A stretch of 63,705 nucleotides of DNA, the filler included. It is 4 parts of 4 records of this genome, joined end to end, with 100 filler letters (N's around TTAATTAATTAA, not from the genome) between each part and the next. Parts side by side here need not be neighbours in the genome. Positions count along the whole stretch, not along the records: positions 42,826 to 58,519 come from DRR723986_4763; positions 58,620 to 63,705 come from DRR723986_5072; 2 more parts are not named here. One strand, 5' to 3'. The notes beneath the pieces are model-generated. The model made no database searches, was not told where the DNA came from, and saw only the letters and a list, made by a program, of their open reading frames with translations. A program made the position numbers and the translations under genes. Position 1 is the stretch's first letter, and the number at the start of each line of letters is the position of its first letter. Shown piece by piece: positions 52,765-63,539 of the stretch.

Positions 52765-53640
52765 GTGAATAAAGAAATGGCTTTGCAGGAGCTCGTTGGC
52801 GAGCTACGCGATGGCATGACCATCGGTATTGGCGGCTGGGGGCCGCGTCGTAAGCCAATGGCGCTGATTCGCGAGATTCTCAAGTCTGATCTTAAAGACC
52901 TGACGATCGTGGCCTATGGCGGTGCAGATGTCGGCATGTTGTGTGCTGCCGGTAAGGTGAAAAAAGTGGTGTTCGCCTTCGTGTCGCTGGACTTTATTCC
53001 GCTGGAGCCCTATTTCCGCCAGGCCCGCCAGAATGGCGAGATCGAGGTGATGGAAATTGACGAGGGCATGATGCTGCTGGGCCTGCGCGCGGCGGCGTGG
53101 GGCTGTCCTTACATCCCGTCTCGTATTGGTCTGGGCACCGACGTTGTCAACCTCAACCCAGACATCAAACTGGTCGACAGCCCTTACGATGAAAAAGAAT
53201 GGCTGGCGATGCCTGCGCTGAAACTCGATGCAGCGCTGCTGCACGTAGACCGCGCCGACCGTCGTGGCGTTTGTCAGATCAAAGGTCCCGATGTGTATAT
53301 GGACGAGTGGATGGCGCGCGCGGCCGACAAAACCATCGTCAGCTGTGAAGAGCTGGTCGACACCGAATACTTTGCTCAGGGCGACGAAGCGCGTTACGTG
53401 TTCTGGGAGCGCACCATGACCTCGGCGGTTATTCCGGTTGCCGGCGGTGCTCACCCAACATCGTGCACGCCTGAATACGGCTTTGATGTGCCGCACTTCC
53501 AAGAGTACAACGCCTCGGCGAAAGAGGGCGGCTTTGAAGCCTACTTCGACAAATACATCAAGGGTCGCAGTGAAGCGGAATACCAGCAAGCTGTGGGTGG
53601 CATCGACGCCATCCGTCAATTGCCGCTGCCTGTTTACTGA
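52765..53640 (+). CDS. ipdA: IpdA/ScdL1, ring-cleaving hydrolase subunit (CoA-transferase fold)
   Basis: GIGGWGPRRKPM, EIDEGM and GGAHPTSC. AAGGAG precedes the GTG start. Confidence 0.85.
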   Translation: MNKEMALQELVGELRDGMTIGIGGWGPRRKPMALIREILKSDLKDLTIVAYGGADVGMLCAAGKVKKVVFAFVSLDFIPLEPYFRQARQNGEIEVMEIDEGMMLLGLRAAAWGCPYIPSRIGLGTDVVNLNPDIKLVDSPYDEKEWLAMPALKLDAALLHVDRADRRGVCQIKGPDVYMDEWMARAADKTIVSCEELVDTEYFAQGDEARYVFWERTMTSAVIPVAGGAHPTSCTPEYGFDVPHFQEYNASAKEGGFEAYFDKYIKGRSEAEYQQAVGGIDAIRQLPLPVY

Positions 53641-53661
53641 TCGGTCTGAGGAATTCTAGTT

Positions 53662-54465
53662 ATGACTACCCCTGCAACAGAATACAGCCTGGCCGAGCTG
53701 ATGATTTGTGCCAATGCCAGCGCTTATGACAATGACGGCGAAGTCCTGGTCACCGGCATCGGTGTGCTGCCGCGTATCGCCGCCAGCCTCGCCATGCTGA
53801 GCAGCAATACCGACATCATGATGACCGACTCCGAAGCGTGGTTGCTGTCGGAGCCCAATCCCGTCGGCAAACGCGATGCCGACTTCCAGCCGAAGGCGGA
53901 AACCTGGATGGGCTTTACCCGCATTTTTGACAACGTATGGAGCGGCCGTCGTCACCTGACCGGTGGGCCAACCCAAATTGACCGCTTCGCGCAGGCAAAC
54001 ATCTCAGCGCTGGGTGGCGATCACAGCAAGCCCAAGGTGCAAATGTTGGGTGTGCGTGGTTTCCCCGGTAACTCGATTTGTCACGCCAACAGCTACCTGG
54101 TGCCCATGCACAGCAAGCGCGTGTTTGTAGAAGGTGAGTGCGACGTGGTGTGCACCATTGGCTACAACCCGGACCGTCTGCCTAAAGGTTACAGCTTCGA
54201 CGAGATCGATGTGCGTCAGGTGTACACCAACTTGGGTGTGTTCGACTTCCGTGGTCCCAACCGCCAAATGCAGATCGTTAGCCTTCACCCCGGCGTTACC
54301 GTGGAAGAGGTTCAGGAAAATACAGGCTTCCCGGTGCATGTTCCCGCGTCTATTCCAACAACGCCGGCTCCCACCGAAGAGCAACTGGACATTATCCGCC
54401 GCATTGACCCGCACAACCTGCGCGCCAAGCAGTTGAAGGATAACCCTCCGGGCGTTCGCGGCTAA
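53662..54465 (+). CDS. ipdB: IpdB/ScdL2
   Basis: QIDRF..NIS, LGVRGFPGN, HSKRVFV and SLHPGV. Confidence 0.85.
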   Translation: MTTPATEYSLAELMICANASAYDNDGEVLVTGIGVLPRIAASLAMLSSNTDIMMTDSEAWLLSEPNPVGKRDADFQPKAETWMGFTRIFDNVWSGRRHLTGGPTQIDRFAQANISALGGDHSKPKVQMLGVRGFPGNSICHANSYLVPMHSKRVFVEGECDVVCTIGYNPDRLPKGYSFDEIDVRQVYTNLGVFDFRGPNRQMQIVSLHPGVTVEEVQENTGFPVHVPASIPTTPAPTEEQLDIIRRIDPHNLRAKQLKDNPPGVRG

Positions 54466-54481
54466 TACGGCCAGGCGCAAC

Positions 54482-54513
54482 AAGCACCGGCCTGTAATGC
54501 AGGTCGGTGCTTT
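54482..54513 (+). other. Intra-operon hairpin
   Basis: AAGCACCGGCCTG-TAATG-CAGGTCGGTGCTT. Confidence 0.55.
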
Positions 54514-54540
54514 GTCGATTCAACGCAGAGCTAATTATTT

Positions 54541-55608
54541 ATGTCGACGCTACTCGATACCCGCATTACCGAATTACTGGGCTGTAAATACCCCATTATC
54601 CAAACCGCGATGGGCTGGGTTGCCGACCCGAAACTGGTTGCGGCCACTGGCAATGCCGGTGGTTTTGGTTTTCTGGCCGGGGCAACCATTCCGCCCGAGC
54701 AAATGGAAGCCAATATTCTGGAAGTGAAGTCGCTAACCGACGCGAACTTTGGCGTGAACTTCCATATGTATCAGCCCAACGCCGCTGAGATTATTGATCT
54801 GGTGATCAAGCACGGCGTTAAGGCAGTGAGCTACTCGCGCTCGCCAGGGAAAGAGATGGTTGCTCGCCTGAAAGAGGCTGGCGTGGTCTGCATGCCAACC
54901 GTGGGTTTGCCCAAGCACGCCATCAAGGCAGTAGAGATGGGCGCCGATGCCGTCGCTGTTCAAGGCGGCGAGGGTGGCGGTCACACCGGTGCGATCCCCA
55001 CGACCCTGTTACTGCCACAAGTGGTGGACGCCGTTGGTGACAAAGTGCCGGTACTGGGTGCGGGCGGCTTTAAAGATGGTCGCGGTTTGCTAGCAGCACT
55101 GGCCTATGGGGCTGACGGCATCGCTATGGGAACACGCTTCTTGTTGACCAAAGAAAGCCCTGTTCCCGAAGCGACCAAGCAGCGCTATCTCGCCTGCAAA
55201 GACCCTGGTGCCATTATTCGCAGTGAAGCCCTCGACGGCCTGCCACAGCGCATGATTTTGAATGACTTCCTCAGCGAGCTGGAGAAAGCCGGGCCACTGA
55301 AAAAACTCATTATCGCCTTGCGCAATGGCCTGGCCTTTCGCAAATTCACCGGCGCCAGCCTGACTTCCCTGCTGCGCTCTGCGCTCGCCATGACCAGCAG
55401 CGGCGACATCACTAAGTCGCAGGCCATTATGGCGGCGAATGCACCGATGATTATTCAAAAAGCCATGGTCGATGGCCGCCCGGACGAAGGTGTGTTGCCC
55501 TCTGGCCAGGTGGCGGGTGTTATCGATGAATTACTGAGTTGTGAAGACCTGATTCGCAGCATTGTCGACGAAGCCGAATCGCGCTTCGCAAAAATGGGGA
55601 ACGCATAA
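54541..55608 (+). CDS. ipdC: IpdC/ScdK-like flavin oxidoreductase (NMO/FabK family)
   Basis: QTAMGWVA, QGGEGGGHTG and MAANAPM...G.LPSGQV. Confidence 0.8.
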   Translation: MSTLLDTRITELLGCKYPIIQTAMGWVADPKLVAATGNAGGFGFLAGATIPPEQMEANILEVKSLTDANFGVNFHMYQPNAAEIIDLVIKHGVKAVSYSRSPGKEMVARLKEAGVVCMPTVGLPKHAIKAVEMGADAVAVQGGEGGGHTGAIPTTLLLPQVVDAVGDKVPVLGAGGFKDGRGLLAALAYGADGIAMGTRFLLTKESPVPEATKQRYLACKDPGAIIRSEALDGLPQRMILNDFLSELEKAGPLKKLIIALRNGLAFRKFTGASLTSLLRSALAMTSSGDITKSQAIMAANAPMIIQKAMVDGRPDEGVLPSGQVAGVIDELLSCEDLIRSIVDEAESRFAKMGNA

Positions 55609-56363
55609 TGAGCAAGCCATATACCCTGAGCATCAGCGACAGCGGTGTTGCTGAATTAATCTTCAATAAGCCACCGGTTAACGCCTTTAACAGTGACGGC
55701 TGGCTGGCCATCGCTGCCGAGATCAATGCCCTGAGCGACAACGACGCGGTGCGCGTAGTGATTATCGCTGCCGAGGGTCGCGGTTTTTGCGCCGGTGTTG
55801 ATATCAAAGAATTGGCGGCAAACCCCGCCATGATCACCCGCGTCAACAAGGGTAACTACGACACCTTCAAAGCCATTCACCGCTGCCGCAAGCCGGTCAT
55901 AGTCGCGCTGCATGGCTTCGTGCTCGGTGGTGGTATTGGTATCAGTGGTGCCGCTGACATCATTGTGGCATCGGAGTGTGCGACCTTTGCCGTACCGGAA
56001 GTTGACCGCGGGGCAATGGGCGGCGGCGCTCACTTGCAGCGCATGTTCCCGGTGCAGAAAGTGCGCTACATGTACTTCACCGGCGAGGCTATTGATGCGC
56101 AAGAGGCCTATCGCCTGGGCGCCATTGAAAAGGTGGTTCCCCGCGATCAACTGATGGCAACTGCCCGCGATATTGCCGACAAAATTGCCGAGAAATCACC
56201 GCGCATGATCGAGCTGGCCAAGGAAGCCCTCAACGGTGTGGAAGACGGCAACCTGGAAGACAAATACCGCTGGGAGCAGGGCTTTACGCAAGAGGCCTAC
56301 GCCGAGCCAGACTCGCAGGAAGCCAAAGACGCCTTTGTTGAAAAGCGCGACGCCAAATTTTGA
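55608..56363 (+). CDS. echA20: EchA20/ScdY-like enoyl-CoA hydratase
   Basis: FCAGVDIKE, PEVDRG and YRWEQGFT. Confidence 0.8.
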   Translation: MSKPYTLSISDSGVAELIFNKPPVNAFNSDGWLAIAAEINALSDNDAVRVVIIAAEGRGFCAGVDIKELAANPAMITRVNKGNYDTFKAIHRCRKPVIVALHGFVLGGGIGISGAADIIVASECATFAVPEVDRGAMGGGAHLQRMFPVQKVRYMYFTGEAIDAQEAYRLGAIEKVVPRDQLMATARDIADKIAEKSPRMIELAKEALNGVEDGNLEDKYRWEQGFTQEAYAEPDSQEAKDAFVEKRDAKF

Positions 56364-56409
56364 TTAACGGCGGGCACCGCCCGCCGCTGAACCGAGACGA
56401 GAATCACCC

Positions 56410-57582
56410 ATGAAACTCGAATACACCGCAGAGCACCAAGCCTTTCGCGAAGAAGTTCGCAGCTGGTTAAAGGCCAATGTTCCCGCCGAGCCTTTGAAGT
56501 CCTTCGATACCGAAGAAGGCTTCCAGCAGCACCGCGAGTGGGAGGCCAAATTGTACGAAGGCCGTTGGGGAATGATCACCTGGCCGGAAGAAATGGGTGG
56601 CCGTGGCGCCGACCTATTGCAGTGGTTGATCTTTGAAGAAGAGTACTACGCGGCGTCTGCGCCACTGCGGGTAAACCAAAACGGTATCTTCCTGCTTGGC
56701 CCCACTTTGATGGAATACGGCACCGAAGAGCAGAAAAAGCGCTTCCTCAATGGCATGGCGACCGGCAAGGATATTTGGTGTCAGGGTTGGTCTGAGCCGA
56801 ACGCCGGTTCTGATATGGCCGCCATCCGCTCGCGAGCAGACCTTAGCGAAGACGGTAGCCACTACATTATCAACGGTCAAAAAACCTGGTCGACCCGCGC
56901 GGTATGGGCCGATTGGTGTTTTGGTATGTTCCGCACCGACCCAGAGTCAGAGCGCCATCGCGGCCTGACCTTTATTCTGGTGCCACTGGACAGCGAGGGC
57001 ATTACCGTTCGTCCTATTCCTCAGTTGGATGGCTTGCCGGGTTTTGCTGAAATCTTCTTCGACAATGTCAAAGTACCTGTCGACTGCCGCCTGGGCGGTG
57101 AAGGTGAGGGCTGGAGTGTGGCGATGGCCACCGCGGGTTTTGAACGCGGTTTGATGCTGCGCTCACCGGCGCGTTTCCAGGAAACGGCGAAACGCTTGGT
57201 AGAGCTCTACAAAGCTAATCAAGAAACGGCCGACGAAGACCCCAGCATCCGCGAAGCGGTATTGCGTGCGTATATGGATGCCGAGGCGTATTGCCTGACG
57301 ACCTACCAAACGGCTTGCCGACTAATGCAGGGTGGAAAAATCGGTGCAGAGGCCTCGACCAATAAAATTTTCTGGTCTGAGCTCGACCAGCAAATGCACG
57401 CCACCGCGCTGAAAATTCTTGAAACCCGCGGCGAGCTGCTGCCCGAGTCGCCCGATGCCGGTGACGTTGGCCGCTGGTTAGACGGTTGGCTGTTTGCCCA
57501 GTCCGGGCCGATTTACGCCGGCACCAACGAGATTCAACGCAACATCATTGCAGAGCGTATGCTCGGCATGCCGCGCAAATAA
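56410..57582 (+). CDS. Acyl-CoA dehydrogenase, alpha-type subunit (ScdM1-like)
   Basis: WSEPNAGSD, NGQKTWS and IYAGTNEIQRNII. Confidence 0.88.
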   Translation: MKLEYTAEHQAFREEVRSWLKANVPAEPLKSFDTEEGFQQHREWEAKLYEGRWGMITWPEEMGGRGADLLQWLIFEEEYYAASAPLRVNQNGIFLLGPTLMEYGTEEQKKRFLNGMATGKDIWCQGWSEPNAGSDMAAIRSRADLSEDGSHYIINGQKTWSTRAVWADWCFGMFRTDPESERHRGLTFILVPLDSEGITVRPIPQLDGLPGFAEIFFDNVKVPVDCRLGGEGEGWSVAMATAGFERGLMLRSPARFQETAKRLVELYKANQETADEDPSIREAVLRAYMDAEAYCLTTYQTACRLMQGGKIGAEASTNKIFWSELDQQMHATALKILETRGELLPESPDAGDVGRWLDGWLFAQSGPIYAGTNEIQRNIIAERMLGMPRK

Positions 57583-57592
57583 GGAGACTGAC

Positions 57593-58519
57593 ATGGACTT
57601 TACCTTTAGCGAAGATCAGCTCTTGTTTCAGGAATCAGTGCGCGACTTTCTGGTGAATGAAATTACGCCCGACAAAATTCGTCAGCTGTGGGAAACCGAT
57701 AGCGGTCGCAGCGATGAACTGTGGCAGCAATTGGCCGAGTTGGGCCTGACCGGGCTGACTGTTCCCGAAGACTTCGGCGGACTGGGCATGAACGAACTGG
57801 ACTTCGTCCTGCTGGCTCAGGAAGCCGGTTACGTCGCCCTGTCTGAGCCGCTGGTGAATAGCGTACTAGTGGCAACGCCGCTGCTGAGTGAATGCGGTAA
57901 TAGCGCGATTGCGGAGCAGTGGTTGCCAAAAATCGCCTCGGGTGAGGCGCGTGCGGTGGTGGGGCTGGCGGTGAACAAGTTAGTGGAAGATGCCCACTGC
58001 GCCGACCTGCTGCTGCTGGAAAAAGGCGGCGCGATCTATGCGGTAGAAGCCGCCAATGCCAGCCTGCGCGCCAACGAATCTGTCGACCCCGGTCGCAAAT
58101 TGTTTGCTGTGGACTTCGACCCTGCGGCGGCGGTTTGCCTGGCCGACGGCGATGCCGCCCAGGCGTTGATCAACAAAGCGCTGAATCGCGGCGCACTGGG
58201 TGTGGCAGCGCAGTCGCTGGGTCTGGCTCAACGAATGATCGATTTGTCGGTGCAATACACCAGCGAGCGCAAACAGTTTGGCGTGGCCATTGGCAGCTTC
58301 CAGGCCGTTAAGCACCACATGGCGAATATCGCCTACAAACTGGAATACGCCAAAACACCGGTTTATCGCGCTGCTTATGATATTGCCAACGACACGCCGC
58401 GCGCAGAATTGTCGGTGAGCCACGCGAAACTGGCCGCCTGTGAAGTGGCCGACCTCGCGGCGAAAAACAGCATCCAGGTTCACGGTGCGATGGGCTACAC
58501 CTGGGAAGTGGACCTGCAC
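57593..58519 (+). CDS. Acyl-CoA dehydrogenase, partner subunit (3'-truncated)
   Basis: RKQFGVAIGSFQAVKH and QVHGAMGYTWE. Confidence 0.88.
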
Positions 58520-58619
58520 NNNNNNNNNNNNNNNNNNNNNNNNNNNNNNNNNNNNNNNNNNNNTTAATTAATTAANNNNNNNNNNNNNNNNNNNNNNNNN
58601 NNNNNNNNNNNNNNNNNNN
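58520..58619. other. Artificial contig spacer
   Basis: N-run with TTAATTAATTAA. Confidence 0.99.
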
Positions 58620-58682
58620 CCCCTGCCGAGCCACAGCTTGCAAGCAGGGTACTCACAACCAGCAGGGAGAAAAAACGAGTCA

Positions 58683-59444
58683 TCATGAACGCAGACGGTA
58701 GCCGGTTTTGAAGATCCACCAGACGGCGGTCATACACATGGTCAGGAATACCATGGTCATGCCTACACTAATGCCCACGTGCACATCGGAAACCCCATAG
58801 AAGGCCCACCGGAAGCCGCTGATCAGGTACACCACCGGATTAAAAAGGCTGATGGTTTGCCAGATCTCGGGCAGCATGTCGATGGAATAGAAGGTGCCGC
58901 CCAGGAACACCAGTGGCGTCACAATCATCATTGGCACAATCTGCAGCTTCTCGAAGCCATCCGCCCAGATACCGATGATGAAGCCGAACAGGCTGAAGGT
59001 CATGGCTGTGAGCACCAGGAACGAAAACATCCAGAACGGATGCAGTATTGAGTAGTCCACGAACAGCTTCGCGGTGGCCAGAATGATCAGGCCCAGTATC
59101 ACGGCCTTGGTGGTTGCGGCACCCACATAACCCAGCACGATTTCCACGTAGGATACTGGCGCAGACAGCACCTCATATATGGTACCGGAGAATTTCGGCA
59201 TGTAGATGCCGAAGGAGGCGTTGGAGATGCTCTGCATCAGCAGTGACAGCATCACCAGGCCGGGAATGATGTAGGCGCCATAGCTGATGTTGTCGATGTC
59301 GCCCATGCGGGAGCCGATGGCCGAGCCAAACACCACGAAGTACAGGCAGGTGGAAATGACTGGCGAGAGCACGCTTTGCATGACCGTACGTTTCATGCGT
59401 GCCATCTCGAACTTGTAGATTGCTTTAACACCGTAAAGATTCAT
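58683..59444 (-). CDS. ABC-2 permease (YadH-like)
   Basis: LYFVVFG, PLVFLGG and NPVVY. Confidence 0.9.
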   Translation of the reverse strand: MNLYGVKAIYKFEMARMKRTVMQSVLSPVISTCLYFVVFGSAIGSRMGDIDNISYGAYIIPGLVMLSLLMQSISNASFGIYMPKFSGTIYEVLSAPVSYVEIVLGYVGAATTKAVILGLIILATAKLFVDYSILHPFWMFSFLVLTAMTFSLFGFIIGIWADGFEKLQIVPMMIVTPLVFLGGTFYSIDMLPEIWQTISLFNPVVYLISGFRWAFYGVSDVHVGISVGMTMVFLTMCMTAVWWIFKTGYRLRS

Positions 59445-59477
59445 TGTTCTCTCCGTGAGGACCGTTCGGGCGGGAGG

Positions 59478-60398
59478 TTACTCGTGCACCAGGCTCACGA
59501 ATATCTCTTCCAGGGAACTCTCCCGGGTTTGCAGATCACGGTACTCAATGTCCAGATCACCCAAGGTGCGAAGCAGTCGGGCCACGCCGGCCTGTTGTTG
59601 CTGAGAGTCGAAGGTGTAGATTAGCTCGTAGCCGTCTTCTGAAAGCTCGATTGGCTCCAGGGTGAGTTCCCCGGGCAGCTTGTCCAGTTTTTGCTGAAGC
59701 TGCAGGCGAAGTTCTTTCTTGCCCAGCTTGGACATCAGGCGGTTCTTGTCTTCCACCAGAATGATCTCGCCCTGGCGGATAACGCCAATGCGGTCGGCCA
59801 TTTCTTCCGCTTCTTCAATGTAGTGGGTGGTCAGAATGATGGTGGTGCCGTTCTCGCGGAGTTTGCGCACCATCTCCCACATGTCACGCCGTAGCTCGAC
59901 ATCCACTCCGGCGGTAGGTTCATCCAGGAACAGAATGCGCGGTTCGTGGGACAGCGCCTTGGCGATCATCACCCGGCGTTTCATACCGCCAGACAGTGAC
60001 ATGATGCGGTTGTTGCGTTTGTCCCAGAGCGATAGGTCTTTCAGAACCTTTTCGATATGGGCAGGCCTGGGTGCCTTGCCGAACAGGCCGCGACTGAAGG
60101 ATACCGCATCCCAAACGGTTTCAAAGGAGTCGGTATTAAGCTCCTGCGGTACCAGGCCGATGGCCTCCCGGGCTTTGCGGTATTGCTTGACGATGTCGTG
60201 GCCGGCGGCTTTGACCTCGCCATCGCTCTTGTTGACGATGCCGCAGATGATAGAGATCAGGGTGGTTTTACCAGCACCGTTGGGGCCGAGCAGAGCGAAG
60301 ATCTCGCCGGGGTAGATTTCCAGGTTGACGTCTTTGAGGGCCTGGAAGCCATCTTCGTAGATCTTGTTCAGGTGCTTAACGGATATGTCCGGTTGCAC
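59478..60398 (-). CDS. ABC ATP-binding protein (YadG-like)
   Basis: [16 protein letters not shown] and LDEPTAG. Confidence 0.92.
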   Translation of the reverse strand: MQPDISVKHLNKIYEDGFQALKDVNLEIYPGEIFALLGPNGAGKTTLISIICGIVNKSDGEVKAAGHDIVKQYRKAREAIGLVPQELNTDSFETVWDAVSFSRGLFGKAPRPAHIEKVLKDLSLWDKRNNRIMSLSGGMKRRVMIAKALSHEPRILFLDEPTAGVDVELRRDMWEMVRKLRENGTTIILTTHYIEEAEEMADRIGVIRQGEIILVEDKNRLMSKLGKKELRLQLQQKLDKLPGELTLEPIELSEDGYELIYTFDSQQQQAGVARLLRTLGDLDIEYRDLQTRESSLEEIFVSLVHE

Positions 60399-60531
60399 GG
60401 GCGTGTCCTGTTCTGTTGGTGGTAGACCAGAAAGCCGCACATTTTCTCATGCTGGCAGCAGTTTAGAAACCTTTGCTATGTCGGGAATTATCCCCATAAT
60501 GCCGGTTTCAGATCTGGTTGTGAGGCAGGGT

Positions 60532-60981
60532 ATGGTACGAACCATCGTGGTTCCGGGTTTAGTGTTGGCTGCAATTGGGGCTCTGGCGTTTGGCCCACAG
60601 TGGCTGGAAACCGCCGGCACCGCCGAGGAACGGCCAGAATGCGACCTGCTTTCCCGTGCCTGCACCTGGGAGACCGACGAAGGCGCCTGGCGAGTGGAAC
60701 TCAGCACGCTCGAAGAAGGCGATCAGGGCATGGAATACCGGCTGGCGATTACCGTACCGGAAGCGCCGGACCGCTTTCTGGCGGTACTGAGAGGGCAGTC
60801 CATGTATATGGGCGAATATCCGGTACCCATGGAGCGCCAGGAGCCCCTGAGCTATCAGGCAACCTTTACGGCTCCGTTCTGCACGACGGGCGCGGAGATG
60901 ATCTGGCGCATTGACCTGCAGGATGGCCAGAAAGTATTGGAAAATGTGCCCTGGGCACTGGTGTTCCGGGCCGAGAAATAG
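60532..60981 (+). CDS. Hypothetical periplasmic or membrane-anchored protein
   Basis: N-terminal TM helix, CDL...C, MYMG and PFCTT...W. Confidence 0.7.
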   Translation: MVRTIVVPGLVLAAIGALAFGPQWLETAGTAEERPECDLLSRACTWETDEGAWRVELSTLEEGDQGMEYRLAITVPEAPDRFLAVLRGQSMYMGEYPVPMERQEPLSYQATFTAPFCTTGAEMIWRIDLQDGQKVLENVPWALVFRAEK

Positions 60982-61021
60982 TTAAATCCCGTCAAATTTC
61001 GATGACTTCCAGGGAACAGTG

Positions 61022-61318
61022 ATGGATTACGGGGAAAGCGTTCAGAAGGTGCTATTGCGGAAAATTCGCAAGGCCGAGCAGGATCTCGTTCAGCTCAAGC
61101 TGGATTACTGTCGCTTCGTGTTCGGGCTGACCCACCGGGCTACGGTTTCAGCCAATGGCCAGTCCTGGGTAGTGCGGGCGGTGGATGTGGAATCCATGAC
61201 TTACACCGATGATGGCGAATTCACCAAACCTGCAATTACCGGGTCACCTGCCAACGATGATTCCTGCCGGGAGGCCGTTAACCTGGGCAGCGACTGGACT
61301 CTCGAAACCGCTAAATAA
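61022..61318 (+). CDS. Hypothetical protein
   Basis: 98-aa ORF with an RBS-like AGGGA. Confidence 0.6.
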   Translation: MDYGESVQKVLLRKIRKAEQDLVQLKLDYCRFVFGLTHRATVSANGQSWVVRAVDVESMTYTDDGEFTKPAITGSPANDDSCREAVNLGSDWTLETAK

Positions 61319-61910
61319 ACGCGTTACTGGTCACCGCCTCGTAGAGGCTCGAGTTGGCAGGCACATAATGGTTGGCTTGCCAGAATTCCGCACCTTCCAG
61401 CCCGGCACGGTAACACGCCATCAGCACGCTGCTACCGGTAAGCGTCGAAATAGCCTGCAGCGCCTCTGGCTGCCGAATACCCGTCTTTCGGCTGACAATG
61501 CCCGCAACCATACCTGCCAGCGCCTCAGAGTGGCGAACGGGTTTCGGGCTCAGGGCGCAGCTGGCACCGTAGAGCCAGGCTGCAGCATAAGTACGAACCG
61601 CCTCTGGCGATTCTGACAGTACCAGGCCTTTCACCCGGCAATCCCGCTCCTGCAATCCCGCCAAAATGTGCAATTGGGTAAAGAGTTCAGTTCGATCCGG
61701 TGCCGTCATGCCTTTGTAGCGACGCGCTTCATTGCCCGAACTGGCGACCCTGCGCGCGGAACTCCCGGAATTATCGGCTTGCGGATCGGCGCCTGCGGCA
61801 CCGGCTGGAACAAAGGATTCTGTCCGGGACAGGGTAAGCACCCGCGCGGCTAACAGCGCCAGCAGGGCAATCAGCCCCAGTTCTGTCATTGTGACCAATC
61901 CATTGACCAT
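61311..61910 (-). CDS. Hypothetical protein with N-terminal TM helix
   Basis: AGAGG upstream of the ATG and a hydrophobic N-terminus. Confidence 0.6.
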   Translation of the reverse strand: MVNGLVTMTELGLIALLALLAARVLTLSRTESFVPAGAAGADPQADNSGSSARRVASSGNEARRYKGMTAPDRTELFTQLHILAGLQERDCRVKGLVLSESPEAVRTYAAAWLYGASCALSPKPVRHSEALAGMVAGIVSRKTGIRQPEALQAISTLTGSSVLMACYRAGLEGAEFWQANHYVPANSSLYEAVTSNAFI

Positions 61911-62054
61911 CGTGGTATTCCTCTGAAAACGGAGCGACAAGCTGAATCATCGGGTGATTGTAACGTTGTGTAACCGGTAGGGCAGTGGGCAAACCCCGAA
62001 AATGGCACTGAAGACCGGTTTAGCTTTGAAAAATGTGATGCCAGTCCCAGGGGA

Positions 62055-63521
62055 TCAGCAGGTGGGCATGGTCTGCAGGGCCAGTTTGCGGCGAATGAAA
62101 CGGCCCAGGGCGTCGACACCAATGTTCAGCAGGGCGGTAATCAGGATCAGGACCATCGCACGATCAAACTGGATGTTCTGGATGGCGCTGTCGACGTAAA
62201 AGCCGAGGGTGTAAATGCCAAGGATGCCCAGTATCGCCGTTTCGCGCATGATGATTTCCCAGCGATAGAACAGGAATGCCAGGAATGAGCGGTAGATGCG
62301 GGGGACCAGTTCCCAGCTGTAGCGGGAAAAACCCACCGGAGCGTCCGGGCGCAGGTGAATGGTGTTGGTCTGCCGGCCAATCAGGTTGCCGATAATGCCA
62401 CCGTTGTGCAGGGCCAACGCTACCACGGCCGGCAGCATGGAAGGCCCCCAAAGCTGCAGCAGAATATAGGCAAGAATGTATTCCGGTGTGGATCGGGCGA
62501 TCACCAGAAACACATGGCCGGAGGTACGCCGCACCGGGCCACCGAAATGATTCGAGATCAGGGGGAAGGCTAGCAGGGACAGAATGCCGGTGGCCACCAG
62601 CGCTATCTGGGTTAAGACCACGGTGTTCCAGATGCCTGGCAGCGCTTCCGTTATCATTACATCGGATAACCACGCCCAGATAGCCGTAAGCCCTTCGCCA
62701 TCCCGGATCGGTGAAGGAATGATATCCTCCGTAAAGAAGCGCTCCACGTTGCCCCACACAATGGGCAGACCGTCCCCAAGAAAAAAGGGCGCTGCAAGAA
62801 TATAGATCGGCAGTAGTTTGGGGCGAACCCATAAGGGCATGGTGGCGATCAGCACATAGAACAGAATCAGCATGGCGCCGGCATCTGAGTACAGACCCTG
62901 GGAGAACGAGGATTCCAGGTAGAAACCCAGTGTCGGTAGCCCCACAAAGCCCAGGATGGCAGAGGAACGCAGGCCACACTCGAGTCGGTAGGCCGTATAG
63001 GTGCGCATCTGAACCCAGCAATCAGGGATACGGGCATACAGAAAGGCGGCAATGGATGAGGTTCCCGGTGGCAGCAGACGGCCCGGTTCCTGGTCTGCCT
63101 CTTCCAGGATTTCCGAATAGACCTTGGCGAAGATGCCGGAATAGGGAATGGCAATGGCCAGCACACCCGTGAGCGGGTGGAAACCGAAAAACTGGAGAAA
63201 GATCAGCGCCCAGAACAGCTCATGGATGGCGCGGATAAAAGCGCAGAAGATTCGCACTGGCAGAAAGCGGTACACCAGCGCCAGCAGGAAGCCGCAGATA
63301 CTCCCGAGGGTTACGCCCACGAAGGCAAAAGCTACAGTCCGCAGCAGGGCAGTGAGTAAGCCTTCGGTACTGAAAAAATTGGGTGTGGCTACGCCCAGGA
63401 AGAACCGGCCAAGGTCCTGCCAGGGGTTGGCAGTGGTGATGGCAATGTCCGCAACCAACAGCCCGAGCAACGCAACGGCAAGAAAGATAAGGCTGGCTCG
63501 TACGGTCGGATAGGCGAACAT
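62055..63521 (-). CDS. Fused double PhnE/PtxC-family ABC permease
   Basis: Two repeats: RAIHELFWA...YRLECGLRSSAILG and RSTPEY...YRWEIIMRETAILG. Confidence 0.88.
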   Translation of the reverse strand: MFAYPTVRASLIFLAVALLGLLVADIAITTANPWQDLGRFFLGVATPNFFSTEGLLTALLRTVAFAFVGVTLGSICGFLLALVYRFLPVRIFCAFIRAIHELFWALIFLQFFGFHPLTGVLAIAIPYSGIFAKVYSEILEEADQEPGRLLPPGTSSIAAFLYARIPDCWVQMRTYTAYRLECGLRSSAILGFVGLPTLGFYLESSFSQGLYSDAGAMLILFYVLIATMPLWVRPKLLPIYILAAPFFLGDGLPIVWGNVERFFTEDIIPSPIRDGEGLTAIWAWLSDVMITEALPGIWNTVVLTQIALVATGILSLLAFPLISNHFGGPVRRTSGHVFLVIARSTPEYILAYILLQLWGPSMLPAVVALALHNGGIIGNLIGRQTNTIHLRPDAPVGFSRYSWELVPRIYRSFLAFLFYRWEIIMRETAILGILGIYTLGFYVDSAIQNIQFDRAMVLILITALLNIGVDALGRFIRRKLALQTMPTC

Positions 63522-63539
63522 GCTGAGAGTCGGTGCCTG

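Noticed and set aside
28629..58619. TTAATTAATTAA repeated three times within N-runs, and sharp composition shifts
   Set aside because: These are artificial contig linkers. The shifts are not genomic islands, and no gene linkage across them is valid.
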